Under the pieces are notes generated by a model. It worked only from the letters and a program-made list of their open reading frames with translations, searched no databases and was not told the DNA's origin. Shown here in pieces: positions 12,571 to 23,439 of a DNA stretch of 32,235 nt. The position numbers and the translations under genes were made by a program. Positions within the stretch are counted from its first letter, which is position 1; each line of letters begins with the position of its first letter. This DNA is from Octopus bimaculoides (Eukaryota), in assembly GCF_001194135.2 (NCBI RefSeq), contig NC_068997.1, positions 41,213,798 to 41,246,032 of the forward strand. The letters are read 5' to 3'.

Positions 12571-13599
12571 TACATAGTACAAAGAGGAGGCCTTCGATCA
12601 AAGTTAAGAAACACTTATAACAACATGAGTTAACACATTAAGTATCAATAATGTCTCAGGTACATCAACTCCTTTCAATCAGTTTTCCTAACTGGGAGTT
12701 CTCTCCCTTGCTTTCATATGTTTTTATTTAGGTATTGTTCAACAATGCTTACCTCATCTTAATATAGTTATATAGTACATATTTATTAAAATTATTATGC
12801 TCACCATATTAATTAAGTTAGCTTTAACTTCACTATTTAATACTAGGTGTGTTAGCTAACCCGTAAGTGTATATTCTTCATAAGGAAGGCATCCATGAGA
12901 AATTTTCGCTATTACAGACATCGTTATTCAGTAGTTCTGAATGCTGTATAATGGTTAACTCTTTCTTTCTCCAAGGGATCTCCTCATGAAAGAATTTCAT
13001 CTCAGCATTGAAAGAAACACAATTACAAAATAATTTCTGTTGCTTACAGCAGGGAACTGTACCTCCATATGATATATCTACTAGACTATTGTGGGTTAAG
13101 AATTTATCTGTAGACTTTAGCCAACACTACATATAGACAGATGTAAATATCTTATACTTGTATATTGTATNNNNNNNNNNNNNNNNNNNNNNNNNNNNNN
13201 NNNNNNNNNNNNNNNNNNNNNNNNNNNNNNNNNNNNNNNNNNNNNNNNNNNNNNNNNNNNNNNNNNNNNNNNNNNNNNNNNNNNNNNNNNNNNNNNNNNN
13301 NNNNNNNNNNNNNNNNNNNNNNNNNNNNNNNNNNNNNNNNNNNNNNNNNNNNNNNNNNNNNNNNNNNNNNNNNNNNNNNNNNNNNNNNNNNNNNNNNNNN
13401 NNNNNNNNNNNNNNNNNNNNNNNNNNNNNNNNNNNNNNNNNNNNNNNNNNNNGGCTATTTTCAGTACTGTTGTATAAAGTATAGGATGTTTGATAGTGCC
13501 AATAACTGATCTTGTGTATGAATATAATGCTTCTCTGAGTATCTCAAATGGAATTCAGTTCCATACATAGCATCAGCAAAGCGAATATTAATTTTTGCC

Positions 13600-13730
13600 A
13601 TTGGTACAAAGCCATATATATTTGTATGGGAAGGTTAGAAGCGATCAAGTGGCTTTCATTATTTGCCTGGTAATTATTTTATTGACTCTGAACAGTTGTA
13701 AAGCAAGGTTCACATTAAATGGTTATGGAC
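13600..13730 (-). mobile_element. Degraded SINE family A fragment
   Basis: CTGGTAATTATTTTTATTGACTCTGAA...GCAAGGTTCAC aligns loosely to the family A body. Confidence 0.5.
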
Positions 13731-13835
13731 TCTGGAATTAAAGAGACTAAGTCTTCAGTTCATCACCTTGCAGTTTTCTTTACCAATACACTGCATTAAA
13801 TATTAAACTTCCACAGTTTCAAATTGAAAGAAACA

Positions 13836-13945
13836 TCACTTACTGGTGCAAGTCCTGGTATGTTCGTTGCAGACAAGATTATGACCACATTTAGTGATGG
13901 CTGGCATTTCAAGCAATCCTTCAAGAATGCAGAGATCGCCTTCCT
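13836..13945 (-). CDS. Coding exon 2 of the same peptide
   Basis: Acceptor (tta)n-tttcAG at 13947-13946. The phase-1 join gives K-EGDLCILEGLLEMPAITKCGHNLVCNEHTRTCTSK*. This adds 4 Cys for an even total of 12; the spliced product is 91 aa. Confidence 0.88.
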
Positions 13946-13948
13946 CTG

Positions 13949-13949
13949 A

Positions 13950-13997
<48 letters not shown>
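13949..13997. repeat. (AAT)n microsatellite
   Basis: Read directly from the sequence. Confidence 0.95.
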
Positions 13998-13999
13998 CA

Positions 14000-14700
14000 T
14001 GGATTCATGCTTGCTGCCCAAGAAACAAGCCAATAAACATCCTCACAAATGGAAAAGACCCAAATGTAGAATCTCTGACAAATTATTCAAGACAACGGAC
14101 TGTATTGTTTCAGAGTGCTACACCCCTATTCCAAATGAATATAAAACTAAGCTTGACTGAGTTGGCAAATGTATTCACTGGACAGTGAAAACATTTTCTC
14201 CCTTTATTACCTTAGCGGTGCATCTTTTTGCCACCTCTTCTGAGACAAATGTGAACGCCACTGAAGCGTATCCTTTGAAAAACGTATAAATACTGGTATG
14301 AGTACCATCCATTATCAGTAAGTGAAGCAAAAGATGCAACAATTTTGTGGAATTTTATGATCTGTGAAGACCGTACCATAACCATCAATTGGCCTGATAT
14401 CAGCATTAAAGATTTTTAAAATAAAACATTAAAAAATGTATCTCCTAAAGAATATGGGAAATTTGTGGTGTGCAAAAACCTTGAAATTGAGATTAGCAGA
14501 ATATGGCATTTGAAAACATAAAGCACCCCTGTTGTAAGTGGTATGCCTGGAGTCCTAAAGAAAGATTGTTAATGGGTTTCTTGAAAACGTCCCTGATGAG
14601 CCCAACATTTATGAAATTCAAAAATGTCATTCACATCATGGCTTGTATTTTTTTGCAAATTTCTATCTTTGTAACACCAAATGATTAATACTGAATTACC
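14000..14700 (+). mobile_element. 5'-truncated R4/Dong-like (restriction-like endonuclease) retrotransposon in the peptide gene intron
   Basis: Decayed C-terminus: GFMLAAQ, DPKCR..., WYEYHP...ILWNF...RTITINWPDI..., LEIEISRIWHLKT. Starts directly after (AAT)n. Confidence 0.8.
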
Positions 14701-14780
14701 TTCTTTTATATATTATTTCTATACTTTATAATTTTGATTTATGTTTCTGTATACTGAGTCTTAATTAATTTTATACCATG

Positions 14781-15007
14781 TTAACACTTTAGTGTTCAGA
14801 TGACTGTCAAATGTAATATTTATTTATTCACATTGTTTTTAATTAATTATTTATTAATTTGTAGCTTTTAGGTTTCAATAACAACATTGTCTATTTTTAG
14901 AATGACATTGTAGGGTTTGTATGAGATGTTGGATCTGGTTGATTTGAACATAAAAAAATGTAGAATATTTGGGCCAAACCTGACTGGTTTAAATACTAAA
15001 GAGTTAA
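14781..15007. mobile_element. piggyBac-type MITE in the peptide gene intron
   Basis: Termini TTAA-CACTTTAG ... CTAAAGAG-TTAA. Colinear with the 4013-4574 copy once its SINE is removed. Confidence 0.75.
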
Positions 15008-15331
15008 AGCTACATTATGCTGTGAAATGCCACTTTGACATAACAGTACCTGCCTTAGGAAACTGGTTGATAACCAGCATGGATTGTTAATCACTATTAA
15101 CATCATCATTTAACATCCAATTCCCCTGCTGGAATGGATTGGATGGTACAACAGGAGTTAATGTGTTCGGGGACTATGCCAAGCTCCAATGTTTCCTTAA
15201 GCATAGATGTCTTTCCAAATGCCAACCATTTTATTAAGTTTACTGGTGCTTTTTACTGAATGTTATTGTAAGCTCTACCATACTTTCATCTTTCAATTCC
15301 AACAAATTATCTTGGATAAGAACCAACTTAC

Positions 15332-15497
15332 TCAAATATTTTATGCAAATATCACAACATCCACAATATCCTTTTCCTATTTCACCATCTGCACAGTTTT
15401 CTACAGTTCCACAGGTTACAATACTGCAGACGTTTGGTGGGCAGACGTAAGCACTGGCTGCTACAACACTCAAGGCAATGAAGAAGATGTACTTCAT
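15332..15497 (-). CDS. Coding exon 1 of a secreted 12-Cys peptide (IGFBP-N / FPI-1 / neuroparsin-like)
   Basis: ATG at 15497 in the context gtcaaccATG. Translates as MKYIFFIALSVVAASA (signal-peptide-like) then YVCPPNVCSIVTCGTVENCADGEIGKGYCGCCDICIKYL. Ends at a phase-1 donor A|GTAAGT (15331-15326). An upstream acceptor catttcAG lies at 15516-15515. Confidence 0.9.
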
Positions 15498-15780
15498 GGT
15501 TGACAAAAATAAATCTGAAATGATTAAAAAAAATATGTGCTTTGCTATTGAAATGAATTGTAAAATTTTGGCAAGTATATATTCAACAAATAATTAAAAG
15601 GTGATGATTAGATAATAACTGTAAGTTATGATCACAAGCTAGTAACAGAAAGCACACACACCCACCCATAAATGCTTAAAAACGACATTCAAACTGCGTA
15701 TCAATCTCTGTTTAGACACTCACATTACTTCTTACACTACAAAGCATCCAATCACTCCCTCTTCTTATTTCCATAACATA

Positions 15781-15959
15781 AGGGGGGGGGGCAATCGATT
15801 AGATCGACCCCAGCACACAACTGGTACTTAATTTATCGACCCCGAAAGGATGAAAGGCAAAAGTCGACCTCGGCGGAATTTGAACTGAGAACGTGAAGAC
15901 AGACGAAATACCGCTAAGCATTTTGCCCGGCGTGCTAACGTTTCTGCCAGCTCGCCATC
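15781..15959 (-). mobile_element. SINE family A copy
   Basis: High similarity to the 9061-9275 copy. Confidence 0.85.
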
Positions 15960-16239
15960 TTATCTTTATCGCTTTAGTATCTTTATATGGTGAGTAAAAA
16001 CATAATGAAGAGAACATGTGACAACGTATGCAAAGTAAATATGCTTTAAGCTACGAACGTCAGCTTTTCTATGTCACCCACCAACCGCAGCATGAAGGAT
16101 ATTAGATCTGGAAAACAAAGGAGAAGGGATGGTTATCACTGACACGCCCTTGATCCAAACAGTAACAGCAACCAGTTTAAGAATTCCCATAAATAAATAT
16201 GTAAATAGCAGTATAATTCTCCTCAAAATTACAGCTTAC

Positions 16240-16300
16240 CGTCTACTTGGAAACAGAAGGTCGTATTTTTATAATAATAGAGCAGACGTTCTATATATAG
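16240..16300 (-). promoter_or_regulatory. Putative TATA box and short non-coding first exon of the peptide gene
   Basis: Minus-strand donor ACG|GTAAGC at 16239 and TATATATA at about 16292-16299. The acceptor 18 nt before the ATG implies an upstream UTR exon. Confidence 0.35.
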
Positions 16301-16419
16301 TACATTTCTGTTCACAGGTCCTCGTCGTCAACATCTCCTTTATCACATAGGTCAGCGGGCACAGGGATGTCCTAGGGCTAAACAACAACATCCCCTTTAT
16401 GATATGAGTAACAGATTTA

Positions 16420-16650
16420 CCATCATCCTTATCGTCATCATCACCGTCGTTTTCACCACCACCACAACTACTCCCACCATCATCGTCGTCGTCGTCAGCA
16501 TCGTCAGCATCGTCATTGCCTCATCATCAGCTTCATCTTTACCACCACCACCACCACCATCGTCATCATTGTCGTAATCGTCGTCGTCGTCGTCGCCATC
16601 TTAATCCTTATCGTCATTAGTAGCAGCAACAATAGTACTATCGTCGTGGT
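16420..16650. repeat. Compound (CAT)/(CAC)/(CGT) trinucleotide tract
   Basis: Read directly from the sequence. Confidence 0.9.
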
Positions 16651-16929
16651 TTTTACTTTTCTGCTTTTTCATGCTGGTATGAGTTAGAAGAAACCTATTT
16701 AGGCAGTATTATAAGGCTGAATGCCCTTTCGGTTGCCGACCCTAAACTTGTTCTTCAATGTATTTTCTTCTCTGGCCTTTATATGTCCAAAGTCGGAACC
16801 ACTGAGCTGCAACCTTTATTGTTTATGGATGATACAAACATCACACAAACAGTGTCATGTGTAGACTTGAAGAAATAAACATTCATGCACACACACACAC
16901 ATAACATATAAGCATGCATATATAAACGT

Positions 16930-17337
16930 ATGTGGCTGTGTGGTAAGTAGCTTGCTTACCAACCACATGGTTCTGAGTTCAGTCCCACTGCGTGGCACCT
17001 TGGGCAAGTGTCTTCTACTGTAGCCTCGGGCCGACTAAAGCCTTGTGAGTGGATTTGGCAGACGGAAACTGAAAGAAGTCCGTCGTATATATATATATAT
17101 ATATATATATATNNNNNNNNNNNNNNNNNNNNNNNTGTTTGTGTGTCTGTGTTTGTCCTCCCAGCATCGCTTGACAACCGATGCTGGTGTGTTTACGTCC
17201 CCGTAACCTGGCGGTTCGGCAAAAACGACCGATAGAATAAGTACTAGGCTTCCAAAGAATAAGTCCTGGGGTCGATTTGCTCGACTAAAGGCGGTGCTCC
17301 AGCATGGCCACAGTCAAATGACTGAAACAAGTAAAAG
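16930..17337 (+). mobile_element. tRNA-derived SINE family C with internal (TA)n
   Basis: Head TGGCTGTGTGGTAAG...GAGTTCAGTCCC, central microsatellite, conserved 3' half ending GAAACAAGTAAAAGAG. Confidence 0.85.
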
Positions 17338-17838
17338 AGTAAGAGTAAAAGAGAGAACCAGGAAATAGAAGGGAGAAAAGGGAAGAGGGGAAGGAAGAAA
17401 GGAGAAAGAAAGGAAGAAGATAAGGAAGTTCACTGTTTAAGACTATTTAAGCACTAGATTTATACACAAGCTCTTACAAGTCATACCGTAAGCCCAACGA
17501 GAAATTGACCTAAGCTAACGCCACATTCTGCTATCTGACTGGCTTCAGCATTCAAGAGTTTCACTGGTTTAAGGAGTGAGGAGAAAGAACTCAGTCAACG
17601 CTGTTGGATAATTTAGAAAACTTCAAACTGGTTTATTAAGCATTAAGAGACAAATATAAGAAATAAACAGAACGACTCCAGCTCGAGTCGAATGGTTTAG
17701 AAAGTAAATCTTATAAAGTGGAACAAATTCAACAGCTTCACATGTTAGTGTTACAAACTATTTTATATATGCAAAGACACGTAGCGTATTATACATATAT
17801 CGACGTTTGTATACGTATTTATATTTGTATATATAAAA

Positions 17839-17881
<43 letters not shown>
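17839..17881. repeat. (GATA)n microsatellite
   Basis: Read directly from the sequence. Confidence 0.95.
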
Positions 17882-19589
17882 TTCGTATATGTATGTATGT
17901 ATCTTCGAAACGTCTAGTTAGATTAGAAGCAGCTGACGAAGGATTAATTCCAAGTGGTTATCTGTTTTCCTATGTGTTCGTTCCGTTGTCTGTAGTTCAT
18001 TTTTCTAACGTCCTGTACCCCGATATGCATCTATATACACATGTAGATGTAAGTATGTACATATATGTGGGTGTACATGCATACATATTCTTTGTATTAT
18101 GTATGTATTTACACACACACTTACACATTACGCATTCCGGAAAAGAGACATTATTATCTATCTTTACCGTATTGTGATCTCCATTATTAAAAGTTGTATC
18201 TCTCTTCATATGCACACTTTCGTGCGTGCGTTCGCGCACATGTATTTGTGTGTGCTCGCACTCGCGTGTATATGTACGCGCGTGTCTATGTGTTCCAGAG
18301 AAGAGATAAATTTATACTTTGTTTTCATCAATCTTTATTCTATTGTTATCTTCATTGTTAAAAGATATAGACGGGCTCTTCACAGTTGTTGGAAGAAAAC
18401 AAATATTCAAGTGAACATTCAAATAATTTTATTTGATTCCGCAAATTAATTACAATATACACTATAGGAATTAATACTAATTAGACTGTATAGTGATATA
18501 TTCTCAAATTAGTCTCGTAAACAATTTGATGATTTTTAATATTCTTTTTATTAGAGGAAGTATGATTACTGTGAAATGAATAAATTGGTAGAGATCTGTT
18601 ATTAAATTCTTCAAATGGAAGTTTCCTGTCGAATTAATAATAGTTTTTCAGTAAATTCAAAAATAAACGGAACTGATTAAAATATGTCAAAAGTCTTCCT
18701 TCTACAGAAATAATACTTAGAGTTATTGTTGAAAAGTGTTGATAGAGTAAGATAAGAAAGGGGGAGAGAGGTGACCTATACAGTAGTTTGCCAAATACAT
18801 GACACTGTTTAGATTTATTCCTCACAGTTCTATTTTCAAACTCTGCCAGGTTCAGCTTAACATTCCATGTCAGAGTTTATTCAATCAATATAAGCTGAAC
18901 GACATTATTGGCTTTAAAACAAGTCAAAATAAAGTCACCTAACGAGATAACAGTGCTAAGCAGTGATGTGTATAAATACAAACGGGTAACCCGTTCAAAT
19001 ATGTTTGAGAAGGCATATTCGAAAGCTATTCATTACATTTTGTCATGGAGAAAATTCCTCGCTGTAGACAACCCACGGCGATCCCTAACAAGATTGTGGG
19101 ATGTATGCATTTTGGTGTGATTCGCTCCGAAAGTTTGTATTTATACACGTCCCTACTTAGCGCTGCCACTCCGTAATTTATTTACTATGATGACGGGAAT
19201 ATCATAAGAGGAACCAGTCTCGTGTATTAGTTCGTGGCGTTTGTCTATCCAGTCTCTGCTGCTGAAGAGGAAATTATCACTCCGAAATGCATGCATTTCA
19301 GTCAGGTCAAGGGACGCTGTAGACAACTATTTGTCTACAGAGAGAAATTTTCTCCCTGACAAAAATACAGTGAGTGGCTTTCATAGGGATTCGAACACGC
19401 TTCAAGTATATTTGAACTGGTAACAAGTTTGTAAAAGTCGCCTTGTTTCTATGTCACCTTTAACATTTTTTCAATGCTGCCTGGATTTGTTAGATGATAT
19501 AAGTTACTGCACACGTTGTGGGGCAGTAAGTTAGTTTGATGGAGTCTGCACCCTCTGGTATGGATTTTTTTTCTCTCTTTTTCTATAGA

Positions 19590-19790
19590 CATAAAGCCTG
19601 AAATTTGGTACGAAAGTGGGGCTCGTTAATTAAAGCGACACCAATGCTCGACTAGTTTTATCAACCCCGAGAAAATGAAAAACAACGTTGACCTCGATGG
19701 AATTTGAACTACTCAATGTAAAGCCGGAAGAAATGCTGCAAAGTTTTTTGTTTAGCACGCCAACAATTCTGTCATCTTGCCTTCATCTAC
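19590..19790 (-). mobile_element. Degraded SINE family A copy
   Basis: TTTTATCAACCCCGAGAAAATGAAA...GTTGACCTCGATGGAATTTGAACT matches the family A body. Confidence 0.7.
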
Positions 19791-19949
19791 TGTGAAATTA
19801 CAATGAATACGCATATATCCTTTTACATGGTTTCGCCAGAAGAGGAAAGACAGTTCTCATGACGTCTTTCAATGTCTCTGAGACTGGAGAGAGGGGAAGA
19901 AAAAAAATCGCAGACCGGAAACATAGTTCTAATGCTTGTGACAGCTGAA

Positions 19950-20300
19950 AATCACCTGACAGTGTTTAACTAACGATATTTCTATGGACAAGATAACAAC
20001 AAAATATATTTTAGATTCAATATTCATGAACAATGTTGATGCCATGAGATAACACGATTCTCAAGTCGTCGGGTCCATTATATTTATACTGAAGCGAAAT
20101 AAGAATATTTGGTGGTGAGGAAAGAAATTAATAAAACAGCGAAGCAAGTGGACAGTCACAGCGTAAAAAGTATAAAGGATGCAAAACTCTTGGGAATCTA
20201 TACTAAATGTGATTGGAGAAAGAGATTTCGATGAAAAATACACTTTAATTGATAAACTGAATAGTTTTCTGTCAGTCTGTGTGGGAGCTTACTAAATATG
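19950..20300 (+). pseudogene. Possible second decayed piggyBac-like fragment
   Basis: ILDSIFMNNVDAM...KRNKNIWW weakly echoes YNxxMGGVD...RKTKKWW. Confidence 0.25.
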
Positions 20301-20467
20301 TCTCATCTTGTAACGAACCTGTCAGATATTTACAATTCTGGCAAATGTCTAGAGAAATAATACTTTTTAAGTAGGACTGCTAGATCGATATTATTAAACC
20401 CGAAGGAACAGGCTAAACTGTATCTTATGAGTTAGTTGAGCGATGAATTGGGAAATGGAGGAACAGA

Positions 20468-20545
20468 AGAGAGAGAGAGAGAGAGAGAGAGAGAAAGTAT
20501 GTCTGTGTGTGTGTGTGTGTGTGTGCGTGCGTACGTGCGTGTGCG
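20468..20545. repeat. (GA)n-(GT)n compound microsatellite
   Basis: Read directly from the sequence. Confidence 0.9.
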
Positions 20546-20744
20546 TGACTGTTTGTACGTGCGCGCTTTCTGTTTGAGATTTCATTCACATTTCGGACTA
20601 AGCCCTGAGTTTCTCACTATCGTTATTCAAAACACTGGCTGCTTCATAACTGAGACGAAGAACAACTTAGGGAAATGTAATGCGTGGGTACAATGTTCAT
20701 GCTTTCCGTAACAGCATTAGTATAACTCATTGAAAATATTTCAA

Positions 20745-21060
20745 CCAGCCCTGGTTCCGGGTTCAGTCCCACTCACTGCATGACACCTTGGGCGAATGTC
20801 TTCTGCTATAGCTTCGGACCGACCAAAGCCTTATGGGTGGATTTGATAGACGGAAACTCAAAGCACGCCGTATATGCGCGCGCGCGCGTGTGTGTCCATC
20901 ACTACTGTTCGACAACCGGTGTTGGTGTGCGTACGTCCCCCGTAACATAGAGACTGATAGAATAAGTCCACGACTTAAAAGAGAAAAATTACTGAGGTTG
21001 ATTTGTTCGTCTAAAATTCTTCAAGGTCATAAGTCTAATGACTGAAATAAGTAAAAGATA
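20745..21060 (+). mobile_element. SINE family C copy, 5'-eroded
   Basis: Colinear with 16930-17337. Confidence 0.8.
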
Positions 21061-21243
21061 AAGTATATAGTATATATGTATGTAAATGTATTATATATAT
21101 ATATAGGTATATTTAATATATCTATACATACATACATTCTATGCATATGTATATATATGTATATATAAGACATTCCTCCAACCAGCTTCAATAATACCAA
21201 ACATTTTCTCGACCCCTCTCTTTTTCTTTATTCGTATGTGGCC

Positions 21244-21322
21244 ACATCAATAACAACTTTGATGTCGCCCCATCAACAGCCACTTTGATATCGTCACATC
21301 AACAGCTACTTTGATGTGACGA
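21244..21322. repeat. 26-bp tandem repeat, three copies, with internal inverted arms
   Basis: CATCAA-N-ACTTTGAT units; CTTTGAT at 21257, 21283 and 21309. Confidence 0.8.
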
Positions 21323-22254
21323 CTTTGTTTACAATATATTGTTAGCGGTAGCGGATCCTGGCTATCGCTCTAGTGTGCAGGAACTCGCAACTGATGGTGA
21401 GCCAAATAGCTCGAAACTGAGTCTGTCTTACGATCCTGTTAGCAGCTAGAGGGTGATAGGGGAGCGGTGTCAACTTTAAGGTTTAAGGTTGTTCCCTGTG
21501 AAATTTATAGCTTAGCGTCTGTGACATGACCTGTTCGTTGTAGGTTTCTGTCTGAATGTGTTTACTTTATGCGTATTTCAGTATTATATATACCTGTCAT
21601 GTATTTGTGTACATCATTAATATATAAGTACATGTTGATGTATGTATTCATATATAAGTTTATATGTATATTTATGCATTCATGTGTGCGTGTGTGTCTG
21701 AAGAGGGCGTCTGTCTCCAAAACTCCAAAGTTGAGTAACATTTTCATGCTTGGATGTGTAACCTACGATAAGAATAACACTAGTTAACAAAGGATTTGTT
21801 CCAAAGAAAAGAATACCTGTATCTTATAAGTTTTTGCATGCATAATTCAAAAATAATGTCACATTATCTGTATCGCCCACAGTTTCTCTGTTCCACGATA
21901 TCCCTCTCAGTTCCTGTTACATGGGCTAAATTTCAGTTAAGCTGTTGAAATGTGAAGCTAACGGTTTAACTCTTGATTAAAATTTTTATGAATAGAATTA
22001 ACCTAGTGAAATCATAAATCCAGCTTTCTGAATCAATGAGTCCCTGAATATATATGAAAAAAGTATGAAATGAACAATGTGTAAAGATACTAACACAGAA
22101 GCACAGAAAAATATGTAATATACTAACACAGAAAAATTAAAACAATACACGTGGGTGAAAAGAATCTCGTGGTGTGAAGAATCAAGTGAGACAAATCAAC
22201 ATAGAACAACGTGCGGCACAGACAATAGTGAAGTGAACCACAACACAGCATGCG

Positions 22255-22300
22255 GTTGTCATGGTAACAAGCTGCCAATGTCACGCTATCTGTTGATTGG
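22255..22300. promoter_or_regulatory. RFX X-box-like motif plus two CCAAT boxes
   Basis: GTTGTCATGGTAAC (22255-22268), CCAAT (22275-22279), ATTGG (22296-22300). Confidence 0.35.
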
Positions 22301-22330
22301 CTAAAATTACCCAAATTTCCCAAACTTATA

Positions 22331-22443
22331 TGACATTCTGTCGGTTACGACGACGAGAGTTCTAGTTGATCCGACGAACTGAACAGCCTGCTCGTGAAAT
22401 TAATGTGCAAGTGGCTGAACGCTTCAGACAGGCATACCCTTAA
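22331..22443 (-). mobile_element. SINE family B 3' fragment
   Basis: TCGGTTACGACGACGAGAG...GAACAGCCTGCTCGTGAAATTAA matches the family B 3' end. Confidence 0.75.
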
Positions 22444-22887
22444 TGTTTAGATCTAAACTTGATAGGTGGCATTGCTTACTTTCCTATAACGTTGCAACAA
22501 ATTTTGATGTAAACTTTTTCTACTGGACCAAATCTCAATTGTCTTATGCCAAAATGTAGTTAGGAACCAGTCCTCTTCAAAAATGTTAACAATCTTCAAT
22601 TAGCGACAAGCTTTTTGAAAGATGCAGCGTGTAAGTAAATTACAGCCTTAAGAATATTATTCAACTACAACCGTAGTTGAATGATATATCGTGGTTATTA
22701 TGTTAAACTGTCGTATGTCCAAATTTGGTCAAATGCGTTTTCTTTCAATATCTATTTTTGCTTGCAATAACTGGTTCTTTTGGTCAAACTATCGTATCTC
22801 CAGCTGCTTCAGATGCCAAAATACCAAAAATTGTCAAAGTGTAGTACAACGGTTTTGAACTTACGGCACTTTTGCATAATAGCAACA

Positions 22888-22889
<2 letters not shown>

Positions 22890-22940
<51 letters not shown>

Positions 22941-22947
22941 CCACACA
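22890..22947. repeat. (CA)n microsatellite
   Basis: Read directly from the sequence. Confidence 0.95.
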
Positions 22948-23439
22948 ATGTGTACATATGTGCTCATCGTTGAACTTGCTCGCATTAAACTGGATGACGG
23001 ATAAATTGGGCGAAATCCGAATAAAGAGGGTAATTGTTAGTATCGACTTTGACTATTAGTGTTGTGTATTCTGAGTGTGTAAGGGGAGTGCTGCAAGTCC
23101 TCTAAATATAGCAAACTTTCCATAACCATTAACCTCATTTAACAATGTAATCATGGAAAACTATGTTTTCTATTTCCTCTCATGAAATATTTTGCAGATT
23201 TTCCTGAAATTGCAACATGCACACACCTACAGTTGTTTGTACCACGATATGTACAGGCCGAAAAGAAGGATAATGAAAAGATGAAAGCATTTATAGGATG
23301 GAAAGCATTTATACACATCCGGTTATTGTTATCTTTTACGACCACTCTTTGTAGCACTCTGCACCCACTAGATTGCCTCTCAATTCATTGTCTACTATTC
23401 GAATTTATTCACCATTACCCTGCTCCATTCTTTCTATCT

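Noticed and set aside
13791-13843. 53-nt terminal intron giving an ...MYW* C-terminus
   Set aside because: The intron would be unusually short and has no support beyond the GT/AG dinucleotides.
14592-14620. Hammerhead core CTGATGA...GAAA
   Set aside because: Stem II cannot pair, and the sequence lies within LINE coding DNA.
15207-15503. Plus-strand 98-aa ORF with an apparent signal peptide
   Set aside because: It is the antisense shadow of the Cys-rich exon, which has supporting splice sites and a matching second exon.
16420-16650. Poly-Asp/poly-His coding exon
   Set aside because: It is a simple compound trinucleotide repeat with no supporting splice context.
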